Positions 40,116 through 50,793 are shown, numbered from the stretch's first letter. The stretch is 64,000 bases of DNA from Candidatus Levyibacteriota bacterium (GCA_963716145.1 OY970292.1:204104-268103); one strand, 5' to 3'. Notes: generated from the sequence alone by a model not told the origin. Numbers and translations are program-made.

Positions 40116-40811
40116 TTAGATATCCGCTTCCTCGGCTATTACTGCAAAAGCTTTCGTTGAAAACATATGAAGTACATTGTGACCCACAGTATCAATTATT
40201 GTATTTCTGACATCAGGAAGTATACTGCTCGATAAAGGCACCAATTCATCATACCTAGCGGATATACCCAGGATCTTATCCAAATTCTTGATAGGAGGCT
40301 CCATAAGGTTTTTAAGATATGCGCTATTGGGAAAAATCTGCCTTCCTCCTTTTAGAAAAAAAAGTAAATAAGCAAGAGATGTTCCTTTGAAAGGTCCGGC
40401 AACTCTTATAAATTTACTTACCCTATCCCAGCCATCCATGCGCTGTAAATAATGAAAGGCACTAATTGATCCATAGCTTATCCCTACAAGAACGGCGTTA
40501 TTAATATCATTTTCTTTAATAAACCCTTGTAGATATGTAGCACCTTCTTCGGCACCACCCTTTAAAAGACTATAATTTGTCCAATACACTCTGTATCCTT
40601 TGTTTTCCAAATATCTCTTCATAAAAAAATGCCAGTAATTTTTGTTAAGCCAATGTTCATGGATAACGATAGGGATTTTTTTGGTATTATCCAAATTTAT
40701 TCGCTCAAGCGGGAGAAAGAATTTTAATATGCCTAATATTATCGTAAAAGGAAATAACAAAACAGCAAATACTTCAAAAATGCATTGCAGAACAAGGGTT
40801 AACTTCTTCAT
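40116..40811 (-). CDS. Lipase-like alpha/beta hydrolase
   Basis: GISYG nucleophile elbow, GPFKGT, DELV, GHN. Confidence 0.75.
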   Translation of the reverse strand: MKKLTLVLQCIFEVFAVLLFPFTIILGILKFFLPLERINLDNTKKIPIVIHEHWLNKNYWHFFMKRYLENKGYRVYWTNYSLLKGGAEEGATYLQGFIKENDINNAVLVGISYGSISAFHYLQRMDGWDRVSKFIRVAGPFKGTSLAYLLFFLKGGRQIFPNSAYLKNLMEPPIKNLDKILGISARYDELVPLSSSILPDVRNTIIDTVGHNVLHMFSTKAFAVIAEEADI

Positions 40812-40887
40812 ATATAAGTCGGTCAAGCAAGATATCTGCTTGCAATTCCAATTAAATATATTATACTAAAATTAGAACTAACTAATT

Positions 40888-41118
40888 ATGTACTATTCGC
40901 ACACATGTCCATATTGCGGGAAAGTATTTTATACTTACAATGAAGATAAGGAGCTGGCTGCACGAGCTATTTATGAAGGGATCAAAGGACATGAAAAAGA
41001 ATATGATGAAGAAAAAAAAGATTTTACATTTACTCATGGAGAAGAGTACGACACCGATCAAATTTATGAAGAATTAGAAGAATCTGATGACACCCCCAGC
41101 GGCGGCTATCAAGTTTAG
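40888..41118 (+). CDS. Small acidic putative zinc-binding protein
   Basis: CPYCGKVF N-terminus, conserved-looking His, acidic tail. Confidence 0.6.
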   Translation: MYYSHTCPYCGKVFYTYNEDKELAARAIYEGIKGHEKEYDEEKKDFTFTHGEEYDTDQIYEELEESDDTPSGGYQV

Positions 41119-41216
41119 CTTTCAACTTTTCCTCCAAATTGGTATAATTAGTCATCAATAAATATATTTGCTAATTGGCTTATTTGTTTATTGGATAATT
41201 GGTAGTATTAGTTCAT

Positions 41217-41294
41217 GGTGGCGTTAGCTCAATTGGTTAGAGCATCAGATTGTGGATCTGAAGGTTGCCGGTTCAATTCCGGTACGCCACCCCA
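41217..41294 (+). tRNA. tRNA-His(GTG)
   Basis: Encoded G-1, TT-GTG-GA loop, C73 and encoded CCA. Confidence 0.95.
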
Positions 41295-41316
41295 AGTTTT
41301 TTAGCTTCAAAAAATT

Positions 41317-41874
41317 ATGTCGGCAATACGTTTTGAAACCAAACTGTTCAAAATCAACTCATGGACTATTCTTGTGCTTCCTAAAAGCTCAAGCTTGATG
41401 CTTCCATCCCGAGGCATGACAATGGTTGAGGGTACTATCAATAATTTTGGTTTTAAAACAGTGCTTGAACCGGACGGACGCGGAAGTCACTGGTGTAGAA
41501 TTGACGAAGTATTGCAAAAAGGGGCTCGTGCAAAAGCAGGTAACAATGTAAAACTTTCGATTAAGACGACTTCCGAATGGATAGAGCCTGAGATACCCGC
41601 AGATTTTAAGAAAGCTCTTGCGTCTTCTCCCAAAGCATACGATTTATGGAAGGATACGACACCAAACGCACATTGGGATTGGATTCGCTGGATACGCGCT
41701 GTCAAAACACCGGAGACCCGCCAAAAGCATATAGAAGTTGCGCTCGATAAGCTCAACAAAGGAATGCGAAGGCCATGTTGTTTTAACCGCAATGCATGCT
41801 CAGAGCCCTATGTCTCGCATAATTGGGTACTTCTCGAGCCGATGCAAGAGCTCCGCTATAAAATGGCAAAATGA
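41317..41874 (+). CDS. DUF1905 plus YdeI/OmpD-associated domain protein
   Basis: LPSRG.TMVEGTIN, EPDGRGSHW, WIRWI..VK.PETR, RRPCCF. Confidence 0.85.
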   Translation: MSAIRFETKLFKINSWTILVLPKSSSLMLPSRGMTMVEGTINNFGFKTVLEPDGRGSHWCRIDEVLQKGARAKAGNNVKLSIKTTSEWIEPEIPADFKKALASSPKAYDLWKDTTPNAHWDWIRWIRAVKTPETRQKHIEVALDKLNKGMRRPCCFNRNACSEPYVSHNWVLLEPMQELRYKMAK

Positions 41875-41958
41875 GTTCTAAAAATATTATTTCTTTCTGC
41901 GGTGCTATATTATAATAGCTACATACAACATTCCGCAGGCTACCCACTTAATTTTGAT

Positions 41959-42495
41959 TTATTGTGCTATTTTGCGTGGAGGAGATACAACGCTTACTCC
42001 TGTTTGGCCTGTCCTTAAAGTTAATTCGTATTTGATACCTAACGCATTTTCGAAAGTAATCTGTAAGTTTCGGTTACTTTCGGCGAATCTTGGGTCAAAA
42101 TAAGGCATCAGTGAATTACTCCTCAGGCGATGACCGTTAAGTATTACTTCTTCCGAAACTTCTCTCTTTTCCCCAGGTTCCAGTATGTTAGATTTATCAA
42201 GTGCTAGCTTTAAAGTATATTTCTCCCGAGTCTCTTTAAAATACATCTCAATATTTTTTACTTTTACATTTAGCGCAGCGCCTTTGCCTATATTCTTAAT
42301 CACCATTTTTGGGTATTTAGGACCATCAACATACCTCAAGGTTAAAAGTGGGAGCATAACTAGCTCATTTTGCTCTTTTGCAGCGTTTAGGAGACTATAT
42401 GTAGCTTTAGTATAAAAAAATACAATTATACTTGTAACAATTAAGGTTGTTAAGTTTAGTATGCTAAAAACTGTATTTAAATTCTCGCTATTCAT
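41959..42495 (-). CDS. Membrane-anchored hypothetical protein
   Basis: TM helix ending YTKATY, IKNIGKGAALNV; overlaps the rhomboid stop. Confidence 0.6.
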   Translation of the reverse strand: MNSENLNTVFSILNLTTLIVTSIIVFFYTKATYSLLNAAKEQNELVMLPLLTLRYVDGPKYPKMVIKNIGKGAALNVKVKNIEMYFKETREKYTLKLALDKSNILEPGEKREVSEEVILNGHRLRSNSLMPYFDPRFAESNRNLQITFENALGIKYELTLRTGQTGVSVVSPPRKIAQ

Positions 42496-43156
42496 AATAA
42501 GGTTCCAGGATTTGTTCTTGTCTCCCTTTATAAATTTTTCCAAATATCAAACCAACGATAAATCCGGTAACGTGGGCGAAGAAGGCGACTCCTCCTTGAT
42601 CGCTAATTGCTCCTACAGAGCCTACTGCTGAGATTATCTGAAGAAGGAACCAGTAGCCCAGCATAAAAGTAGCACTGATTTCTGTGAATGTCATAAAGAA
42701 AAATAGGAAAAGTAAGGTTTTGATTCTTGCTTGGGGAAAAAGTACATAATAGCAGCCGAGTATTCCCGCAACTGCACCGGACGCACCCAGCATGGGGATA
42801 GTGGTACTTTGCATGAACAAATATTGAATGAGGTTTCCCGCAATGCCCGCGGTAAAGTAAAGGAGTAAAAAAGCAATAGGGCCCAAAGCATCTTCTACAT
42901 TGTCTCCAAAAACCTTGAGAAACCACATGTTGGATATGATATGCAGGAAGCCTCCATGCAGAAAAATTGCCGTTACAAAGGGTAAAAGGCTCATGTAGTT
43001 GCTAGTGGCCACATTGGCCGGGATTAGGGCGTAGCTTGAGGTTAATTGGTCAGGACTACCAATTTGCTGGATAAATACATAGACTGTAATTATTATTAAT
43101 AAGTAATTTAGAAACGGAAATTTTGCGGCTTTTATTGAGTCTGATAGCGGAAACAT
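42488..43156 (-). CDS. Rhomboid intramembrane serine protease
   Basis: FLHGGFLHI.SNM, GASGA, AHVTG. Confidence 0.95.
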   Translation of the reverse strand: MFPLSDSIKAAKFPFLNYLLIIITVYVFIQQIGSPDQLTSSYALIPANVATSNYMSLLPFVTAIFLHGGFLHIISNMWFLKVFGDNVEDALGPIAFLLLYFTAGIAGNLIQYLFMQSTTIPMLGASGAVAGILGCYYVLFPQARIKTLLFLFFFMTFTEISATFMLGYWFLLQIISAVGSVGAISDQGGVAFFAHVTGFIVGLIFGKIYKGRQEQILEPYYE

Positions 43157-43201
43157 GGCTCAATTATATACAAAACTTATTGGAAATTAAAATATGAGGT
43201 C

Positions 43202-45114
43202 TTATCTGGCAACAACAGTCACGCTATTTGAAAAACTACTAATATTTCCTGCCGCATCAAATGCCTGAATCTTATAGGCATTTGTAGATCGGGATGCAGC
43301 ACCAAAGTCCATATAGTAAACTGTTGAGTAATTTGAATTTCCCACAGTTGCTATTTTTATATTATTACGGAAAACATAATATCCGGTTACTCCTTTGTTG
43401 TCCGTTGATTTATTCCAGACAAGATAGGCCCATGTGATATCGGATATCCAACAAGCGAGGAAGGAACAGTGGGAGGAGTCTTGTCGGATGAAGTTGACGG
43501 TTTAGGTATTGGAGTGGGAACAAGTTTTTTGGTTGGAGTAGGGGTAGGCTTGTTAGCTAAAGTTGGACTGGGAATGCTGGTTGGAGCTATCGCTATTGTT
43601 GGTGTGGGTACTGATACAGTAGGTGAGGGTGTTGCTATAGCTGGGGTCGGTGTTGTATCAGCAGATGCGTTAAAAGTTACTTTTACTGTAGCTTGAGAAG
43701 CAGATACCCCCATTGTTTCAATTTTTAACTTACTTACAGGATCGTAGAACGCTTTACCTACCGCAAGTGGAGCATCTGTAAAACTAGGTATCCCAAGAGG
43801 ATTATTTGAAACTGAACCTGGAGTAGTATCGATGATCTCTGAGGAGGCCTGAAAGATATTTGAAGGTCTTCGGATTGTAACCCCTGTTGTTACAGGGTTT
43901 GTAGGTGCAAATGTATCGAAAACACCAAATGGCTGACGGTATTCTAGATAGTAATTTTTTCCACTGCCTGTGGATATCTTTAATCCCTGTATTCCTGTTG
44001 AAGGTTTTTCAAGTGGTTGTATCGCATATATGCCATTTGTAGATATGGTTTGTACCTGACTTGAGGAAAGAAAATTGGCTTCAAGTTTATGAATAATATT
44101 CAGATGGTAGCTACCTCTACCCATTACGTCAAAAGGATCATTTCTTCCAAGATCGTCTCCGGTACATGAGTTGCTCATGGCAACCCGATTACCCGCGTTG
44201 TCAGTGCAAGAAGCATTACCCGAGTGATATGCCCCAAAGCTATGGGCTAGCTCATGCATAGCATAGGCTTTCCACCTACCAGGCTTAGATTCGCCTCCAT
44301 TGAGGGATATGACTGCAATGCGTGATAGATCTGAAGCACCCCCGCTATGGCAGCCCTCCCTATACGGCCAGCTAATAACAATTTTTTCATAGCTATCGAT
44401 ATTTATGCCTTCCGCACGGACTTTCGCAAGCACTTTGTTATTATCATAAAAACTGCAAGGAATATCAGTCATAGTGTAATATCCAAAAACATCGCCTTGA
44501 ACGCTTATTTTGCCATAGGAATTTTCCTCAAAATATGCTTTGAGGGAGGTCGGATCTGTGAAAGAATCCCGGATGATCTGATTTTTATCAAACGGCTGAG
44601 TTTGTAAATTTTGAAAATTCACTAAAATAACTGCTAGCTTGACTACTGTGCTTGCGCCAAGGACTTTGTTTTTTGCCTGAATAATCTGAATATCGTTTCC
44701 TCCAAGCCGCTCGATTATTTGTTCCTTTTGAGATAGAGTTAGAGACTCGTGAACACTTGCGGGGGCGACTTTAAAAACCTGAGGATTCAATTCAGATCCT
44801 TTAACTCTTATTCGGCTGCCCGGGGCAATACCGGTTGGAGAGCCTTTTTCAAAACTAAGCTCTACTTTTTTTCCATCATCTGTCTTTAGGAAAGTTTGCA
44901 TTGTTGCTTTGCCACTCTCAAGATCGGGATCATTATGCAACATTTCGATTACTCCTTCTTTTGTTTGTTCTTGCGGTTCTGCCGCCTTTGATCTGAGGGA
45001 AGTTTGCTGATTTTGATAATAAACGGCAACAAAAAGAGCAAGCAGGCTAAGTACTGCTCCTGCCACAAATAGATTTCGTTTTGCGCTTTTTCCGTTTTTA
45101 AAATAATCTCTCAT
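43202..45114 (-). CDS. Secreted M11/M6-like metallopeptidase with PT linker and FN3 domain, frameshifted near 43430
   Basis: HELAHSFGAYH, DPFDVMG, YYLEYRQ. The shifted frame gives LVWNKSTDNKGVTGYYVFRN...AFDAAGNIS..SN, ending at 43202. Confidence 0.8.
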
Positions 45115-45172
45115 TAAACATAACGTATCAATATATAGAATGATTTGTCAATATAGTAAAGCAATTTGCCGA

Positions 45173-45201
45173 TTGACAAGAGAGTTTTAGTTTATTATCC
45201 T
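45173..45201 (+). promoter_or_regulatory. Sigma-70-type promoter of the riboswitch transcript
   Basis: TTGACA-N17-TATCCT. Confidence 0.7.
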
Positions 45202-45207
45202 TAATAT

Positions 45208-45319
45208 ATTCTTTCGGGGTTTTGTGTAAGTCAAAATCGGTGGTATAGCCCACGAGTCTTAACGACATGATCAGGTTTAATTCCTGAGCCGACCGTATAG
45301 TCGGGATGAAAGAGAGAAT
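45208..45319 (+). ncRNA. FMN riboswitch (RFN element)
   Basis: TTCGGGG, CGGTGGTATAGCCCACGA, GATCAGG..AATTCCTGAGCCGACCGTATAGTCGGGATGAAAGA; P1 ATTCTTTC/GAGAGAAT. Confidence 0.9.
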
Positions 45320-45320
45320 T

Positions 45321-46262
45321 ATGAAAAAAATATTGGCTTTCGGGCCGCTTTTTATTATTATTGCCGCACTCCTTTGGAGTTTTGACGGCATCCTCAGAAC
45401 CAGCTTATTCTCATCAAATCCCAGAGACAGCATCTACGCTATACCTCCTGCGGTTATTGTGTTTTACGAACATCTGCTGGGCGCAATAATTCTGCTTTTT
45501 CTTTCTTTTAAGTGGTTTTCCGATTTGAAAAAAATGACTAGAAAGGAATGGATAGCTATTGCTATTGTTTCTCTATTCTCAGGAGCATTGGGCACAATAT
45601 TGTATACTATGGCTCTTTCCAAAATAGAATACACGCAGTATTCGGTAGTTGTGCTACTTCAGCAGCAGCTTCAGCCTATTTGGGCGATTGGAGCGGCCGC
45701 AATACTTCTTAAAGAGAAGATCACTAAAAGATTTCTAATGTGGGCAGTGCTTGCTTTAGTCGCAGCTTACCTCATATCATTTAAAGATTTACACGTGAAT
45801 CTAGCAACAGGCTCAGGAACGGCAACTGCAGCCTTGTTGGCAATTTCAGCCGGTTTTATGTGGGGAACATCAACTGCCATCAGTAAGTATGTATTAAATA
45901 AGGTCTCTTTTCTGACCGGAACAGCTCTCCGTTTTTATCTCGCACCAATTTTCGCTTTCTTATTTGTTGCCTCCCAAAACCAAACAAGCGCTTTGTTTAT
46001 TTTAAATCAAGTACAATGGATGACCCTTCTTGTAATTACGCTCTCTACCGGGTTAGTAGGATTGGGTTTTTATTATTATGGTCTTAAGAAAACTCCAGCC
46101 CGGATAACGACACTTTGCGAGCTAGTTTGGCCTGCAAGTGCGGTATTTATTGATTATTTTTATTTTCACAAATCACTTAGCCTGACGCAGATGCTTGGAG
46201 TTGTTTTGCTTTTGTTTGCTATTTATAACGTAACTAAGAAGCAGGAATTTGCAGTTAAGTAA
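45321..46262 (+). CDS. EamA/DMT transporter, candidate riboflavin importer
   Basis: Two EamA repeats, about 10 TM helices; directly downstream of the FMN riboswitch. Confidence 0.8.
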   Translation: MKKILAFGPLFIIIAALLWSFDGILRTSLFSSNPRDSIYAIPPAVIVFYEHLLGAIILLFLSFKWFSDLKKMTRKEWIAIAIVSLFSGALGTILYTMALSKIEYTQYSVVVLLQQQLQPIWAIGAAAILLKEKITKRFLMWAVLALVAAYLISFKDLHVNLATGSGTATAALLAISAGFMWGTSTAISKYVLNKVSFLTGTALRFYLAPIFAFLFVASQNQTSALFILNQVQWMTLLVITLSTGLVGLGFYYYGLKKTPARITTLCELVWPASAVFIDYFYFHKSLSLTQMLGVVLLLFAIYNVTKKQEFAVK

Positions 46263-46264
46263 AG

Positions 46265-46693
46265 CTATTTTATTGCCACAAAAAGACCTACAGCCATTAT
46301 TGCAAGCCCTATAAACATTTTTGGATTTAATTGCTCTCCTAGTATAAAATATGAAGCAATCCCGGCAAAGACAGGTACCAATAAGTTGAACATTGTGATT
46401 TGCCAAATGGGCATATTTCGCTGTCCCAGGAGCAATACCCAAAATGCCGCGAGATTTATGGTTCCTGCCAAAACTAAAATAAGCACATTTTCTTTGGAAA
46501 TTATTCCTTTGGTTTGCAAGCTTTTTTCAAAAAATACACTTGCCAGAAACGACCAGAAAAAAAGCGTAAACATGGAAATAGCCATTAAGGTAAATGGAGG
46601 AACCTTTGTGTCTACTTTTTTAAACATTGGATAAAGGAGTGAATACAGCAGGGCATACAATACGCCTATACCTATGTTTGCAAAAAGTTTCAT
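46265..46693 (-). CDS. Single-domain EamA/DMT protein
   Basis: Five TM helices, PVFA..SYFILGEQL motif. Confidence 0.8.
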   Translation of the reverse strand: MKLFANIGIGVLYALLYSLLYPMFKKVDTKVPPFTLMAISMFTLFFWSFLASVFFEKSLQTKGIISKENVLILVLAGTINLAAFWVLLLGQRNMPIWQITMFNLLVPVFAGIASYFILGEQLNPKMFIGLAIMAVGLFVAIK

Positions 46694-46705
46694 ATAGTCA
46701 GCATA

Positions 46706-47089
46706 TCATATTTCATTTTTCAAACTATTAAAGTAATTTCGTGCTTCAACTTCATCTTTTTTCATCTGCTCAACAAGTTGATCTATTGATTCAAATTTTT
46801 TATTGCCTCTTATTTTTTTAAGCAGACTTACTTCAACTGTTTGTCCATAAACATCTTTTTCAAAATCCAGAACATAAGTCTCAGCCTGAAGCATTGATTC
46901 TCCGAAAGTTTGGGCTGCTCCTATAAATGTCAGAGCATTATAGTTTTTACCCGTTATTTTGATATTAGAGATGTATATACCTTCAGGAACTTCCTGAATT
47001 AGGGAAAAATTTATCGTAGGGAAGCCCAAGTTTTTCCCTCTCTGCTTGCCCTTCTCAACTTTTCCATTTAAAATAAATAAAGGTAACAC
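46706..47089 (-). CDS. Stand-alone riboflavin kinase domain
   Basis: G.V.KG.QRG..LGFPTIN, GIY, ETYVLDF, IRGNKKF..L..QM..D; no FAD synthetase domain. Confidence 0.9.
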   Translation of the reverse strand: MLPLFILNGKVEKGKQRGKNLGFPTINFSLIQEVPEGIYISNIKITGKNYNALTFIGAAQTFGESMLQAETYVLDFEKDVYGQTVEVSLLKKIRGNKKFESIDQLVEQMKKDEVEARNYFNSLKNEI

Positions 47090-47105
47090 AATCTAATTAT
47101 ATATT

Positions 47106-48443
47106 ATGAAGCAAAAAATTGTAATTATCGGCGCAGGAATGGCAGGCTGTTTTATGGCACTTTGTCTTGCGAAAAAAGGGTTTGATGTGGAAATTTATGA
47201 GGAACGTGAGGATATTCGGAAAAAACCAATTGACGCAGGCAGGTCCTTTAATCTAACTCTATACTATCGTGGAATTGTGGCAATGAAAAAAGTAGATGTT
47301 TGGGATGATGTAAGGAAATATGCTGTTATTGCACAAGGAAATGTTGCGCACTACGCAAATAATAAAACAATGTTTTCTCCTTTTGATGTTCATGGTAATG
47401 AAGTTCTGTATACAATCCATAGGAATCAGCTAAATGGTGTATTAATTGATGAAGTTGAGAAGCTATCAAACGTTAAGTTTTCTTTTAACACGCACTGCAT
47501 AGAAATTAAAAGTCATGAAAAATCAATAACTCTTGAAAAGAATGGAAAAAAGATTCAAGCGCAGGCCCATGTTGTGATCGGAGCGGACGGAGCTAATTCT
47601 ATTGTCAGGTCTGAAATTCAAAAAAATACTGACGGAGAACTGAAAATTGAATACGAAGATTGGGGATATAAAGAAGTTCGCGTTGCAGAGGAAATAGCTG
47701 AAAAACTAAACCTTAAACAATATGCAACCCACACATGGCCGCGCCCGGATTCGCTTCTTATCGCTTTTCCGAATCCTGATAAGTCTTTCACATTGATGTT
47801 CAATTTGCCGCTTGAGGGGAAAAATGGCTTTTCCTCTTTAAATACAGATGCAATGGTAAAAGAATACATTGTTACTTTTTTTCCTGACCTTATGCCTTTA
47901 CTTGCGGAGATAGTTCATACATTTCTTGATAAGCCAACCGGTAAGTTTGTAACTGTGCATACGCAGCCCTGGTCCTACAAAGATTTCATGGTTTTGATTG
48001 GTGACAGCGCGCATGGAGTTATTCCTTTTTACGGCCAGGGAGCGTGTGCCGCTTTTGATGATTGCCTCAGGCTTTCAAGCTTGATTGAAGAGCATGGAAA
48101 TAATTGGGAAAAAATATTTAGCACTTACCAATCAGAGAGAAAAGTTAATACAGATATCTTGGCAGAGCTTTCCAAGGAAAACTTCGTTGAACTACGCGAC
48201 AAAAGCAGATCTGCTTATTTTATCTTAAAAGACAAGGCGGATACATTTCTTAACCGCTTGTTTCCCAAGCTCTGGCTTCCTCCCCTTTATGTCTTAATAG
48301 CACATGGCAGTCTTCCTTACTCGCTAGCGCTCGAAAAATACAACAAACAACAAAAAATTGCCAGATGGAGCGGTTTAAATCTGCTGCTTTCAGTATTATC
48401 AATTCCGCTAAAAAAACCTGGGGACCTTGGATTTGTAAGATAA
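47106..48443 (+). CDS. Kynurenine 3-monooxygenase-like flavoprotein
   Basis: GAGMAG, GRSFNLTL, GADGANS, YKE, HTWPR, IAFPNPD.SFT, GDSAH..PFYGQG, ENFVELRD. Confidence 0.8.
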   Translation: MKQKIVIIGAGMAGCFMALCLAKKGFDVEIYEEREDIRKKPIDAGRSFNLTLYYRGIVAMKKVDVWDDVRKYAVIAQGNVAHYANNKTMFSPFDVHGNEVLYTIHRNQLNGVLIDEVEKLSNVKFSFNTHCIEIKSHEKSITLEKNGKKIQAQAHVVIGADGANSIVRSEIQKNTDGELKIEYEDWGYKEVRVAEEIAEKLNLKQYATHTWPRPDSLLIAFPNPDKSFTLMFNLPLEGKNGFSSLNTDAMVKEYIVTFFPDLMPLLAEIVHTFLDKPTGKFVTVHTQPWSYKDFMVLIGDSAHGVIPFYGQGACAAFDDCLRLSSLIEEHGNNWEKIFSTYQSERKVNTDILAELSKENFVELRDKSRSAYFILKDKADTFLNRLFPKLWLPPLYVLIAHGSLPYSLALEKYNKQQKIARWSGLNLLLSVLSIPLKKPGDLGFVR

Positions 48444-48950
48444 GTATTTACTGCCAAATTTTTTCGCTAGAATTTTTTCTTCAATCTTAGCTGATTTATA
48501 AAAATAAATCAGCAGCGGAATTCTTAGCACAACTAACCAGCTCCCGATAGCTAGAGCAAATCCAAAATAGATTAGCAAAAAGCCAATGTAAATAGGATTT
48601 CTGGTAAGTTGGAATGGACCGGTTGTAATTAAAGTATCCTGCTTTGCGGAATGCTCAGCCGGTATTCCCCAAGAATTGTTCATGGTAAATCTTGCCCAAA
48701 GCGCGAGAATAGTTCCCGAAATATACATTACAATTCCTGCCGAAACCAGAAGTAAGTCCCATAGGCTTTTCGGAAGTGGAAAATATACAGCCTGAAGAAT
48801 TTGAAGTGCTAAAATTACTGCCTCAACAAGGTTTGTTTTAAGCATTTGCAGATTTATCCGGTTTCTGAAATATCTAATTTCAGTATATATCCAAAAAATC
48901 TTGATTAAAATTATTCCCAGAGTTAATAATATGATTAGCTGTGTGTTCAT
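48408..48950 (-). CDS. ICMT/PEMT-family membrane methyltransferase
   Basis: LITTGPF..RNPIY, EEKIL..FG..Y..Y...VPRF. Confidence 0.85.
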   Translation of the reverse strand: MNTQLIILLTLGIILIKIFWIYTEIRYFRNRINLQMLKTNLVEAVILALQILQAVYFPLPKSLWDLLLVSAGIVMYISGTILALWARFTMNNSWGIPAEHSAKQDTLITTGPFQLTRNPIYIGFLLIYFGFALAIGSWLVVLRIPLLIYFYKSAKIEEKILAKKFGSKYLSYKSKVPRFF

Positions 48951-50188
48951 TTGAGTGCCCCAATCTTACCCAAAGTCTTGAACAGTGTATTTCTGTCTTG
49001 ATTTTTATTCATGGTGAAGACGTATTTATATAATCTTCTCTTATTATATCTTTGATCAAATGAGGCTATAGCTTCAAACAATTTTTTATTCAGTCGCTTT
49101 TTTTTAGATTGATCCAGACTGTACTCAATTGTTTTTTGTAATTCAAATTCTCTTTTTTCTTTTTTCAATATTTTCAGGTTTGCTTCGCCCTGGAGATTAT
49201 AATTTAATTTATAGTCATAATACATATTCCTGACAGCTTTGAGATCAAGCTTATCAAAAGTTTTTGCCTGATAGAGAGCATTGGCGCACACAAGCTCGAT
49301 CATTGTTTGCAAACATTTATAGCACTTTGAACAATTATATTTTCCTTTGATATTTTGTGAACAAACGCGTAGGTATCTGAGAGCAAGATCTGATTTTGAG
49401 ACGACATTTAGTATTTTTCCCAATCTGTTGTATTCTGTCCCATCATGGATAAATTCTGTTTTTTCTGTAGACCATAATTTATCAAGATCAGGATGAGTCC
49501 CGTAGGGGAATACCTCATCTTTTCTCAAACCTGCCGGAATAAATATATTTTTAAATTCCTGTCCTAGAAATAATCCAACTGCTGCCAGTGCACCTCCGTG
49601 AGCAAAGTCCCAAATCAAATACTTCTCAATTATTTCACCGGTATTTGTCTCTACAAATACAGCTTTAATCTTTTCTTCTTTCGCAATTTTTTCAACTACT
49701 TGACGAGTCTGGGAAAATAAGTTTTTGTTTGTTAGAGGAATATCAAATCCATGAACAAGAATAAAACTTTTGATTTTATCCTGTTTAGTTTTGTGCTTAA
49801 GGTAGGTATAGAATGAGTCAACACCTGCCGAAAAAAAGCTAGCTGTTTCAAGCTTTGTGTTTTTAGCAGTAGCGGGAGCAATCTCAGATACTTGAATTTT
49901 TACTTTTTTTAATCCAATATTCCAACTTTCAATCAAATCCATTATTTTTTCAGCATTTTCCAGCAGCTTTTTGGATACTGCACCTTCAATACATATGTCT
50001 TCTCCGGTCTTCATGCATGGAAGAAGAATCGCTGTCAGAAAAGGGGAGTAGTCAGCAGAAATAGACGGCTGGTTTTTCAGATCAGTCGAAAAATACATCG
50101 ACTCAGCCTTGTTATTTTTGAATATAATATTAGCTGATAAGGTAATAATTGGTCCTTTTTTTGACAAAGAAATTTTATTGATATTCAT
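48947..50188 (-). CDS. PP-loop (adenine nucleotide alpha hydrolase-like) protein
   Basis: FFSAGVDSFYT, GTHP.LD.LWS, LRVC...NCSKCYKC. Confidence 0.6.
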   Translation of the reverse strand: MNINKISLSKKGPIITLSANIIFKNNKAESMYFSTDLKNQPSISADYSPFLTAILLPCMKTGEDICIEGAVSKKLLENAEKIMDLIESWNIGLKKVKIQVSEIAPATAKNTKLETASFFSAGVDSFYTYLKHKTKQDKIKSFILVHGFDIPLTNKNLFSQTRQVVEKIAKEEKIKAVFVETNTGEIIEKYLIWDFAHGGALAAVGLFLGQEFKNIFIPAGLRKDEVFPYGTHPDLDKLWSTEKTEFIHDGTEYNRLGKILNVVSKSDLALRYLRVCSQNIKGKYNCSKCYKCLQTMIELVCANALYQAKTFDKLDLKAVRNMYYDYKLNYNLQGEANLKILKKEKREFELQKTIEYSLDQSKKKRLNKKLFEAIASFDQRYNKRRLYKYVFTMNKNQDRNTLFKTLGKIGALK

Positions 50189-50190
50189 AT

Positions 50191-50742
50191 TTAAGCTTCA
50201 ATTCTTCTTCTACCTACTGTTTCTGTTTGAGCTCCAATACGATCCTTGTGCAAAAGTGAGAGCGCCATATCCACACTGGGTCGTGTAGTAATTCCGAGGG
50301 CTTTTTTATACTTTTGTACAAAACCACTTGCACAAAGATCACCATACTCTCCAAAAGAAACTAATTGCGCTTCTTGATCAACTATAAACTCACCACGTGT
50401 GAGTTCATTAAACTTGCCATGAGTTATTTCATCATCTTCATGAAATAGAACAAACCTGTTCCCCAAAATATTTCCCCATCTTTTTATTCTTTGCACCTCA
50501 TCTTTTATCAATGAATTAGGTATCAAATCTTCATCATCCAAAACTCTTCTTGAAACTTCTGGACTTAGCGCTGTTAAATATATTAGGATTGCATCATCTT
50601 GTTCTGCAATTTGTCTTACTCTTTCTTCCCATCTTGATCTTAAATCTAATTGTGTAGGACTTAACTCAGAGGAATCTGTAAAGTGTTCCCTTGCATCAAA
50701 GTCAGGGTGAACCAATACGTTAACACTGGTTATTTTTCTCAT
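50191..50742 (-). CDS. Hypothetical protein
   Basis: 183-aa ORF with VLVHPDF and FGEY..C; TATACT 6 nt before the ATG. Confidence 0.55.
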   Translation of the reverse strand: MRKITSVNVLVHPDFDAREHFTDSSELSPTQLDLRSRWEERVRQIAEQDDAILIYLTALSPEVSRRVLDDEDLIPNSLIKDEVQRIKRWGNILGNRFVLFHEDDEITHGKFNELTRGEFIVDQEAQLVSFGEYGDLCASGFVQKYKKALGITTRPSVDMALSLLHKDRIGAQTETVGRRRIEA

Positions 50743-50793
50743 ATTATAAGTATAGCAAAAAAGAGGTTAATAATCAACTATAGGACTAAATTG

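Noticed and set aside
44-43430. About ten frameshifts (near 46, 3645, 13390, 14925, 15250, 22660, 22742, 33187, 37692, 43430) as pseudogenes or programmed frameshifts
   Set aside because: They are single-base indels, mostly in short homopolymers, in unrelated and otherwise intact genes, with no shared slippery motif. Sequencing or assembly error is the simplest explanation.
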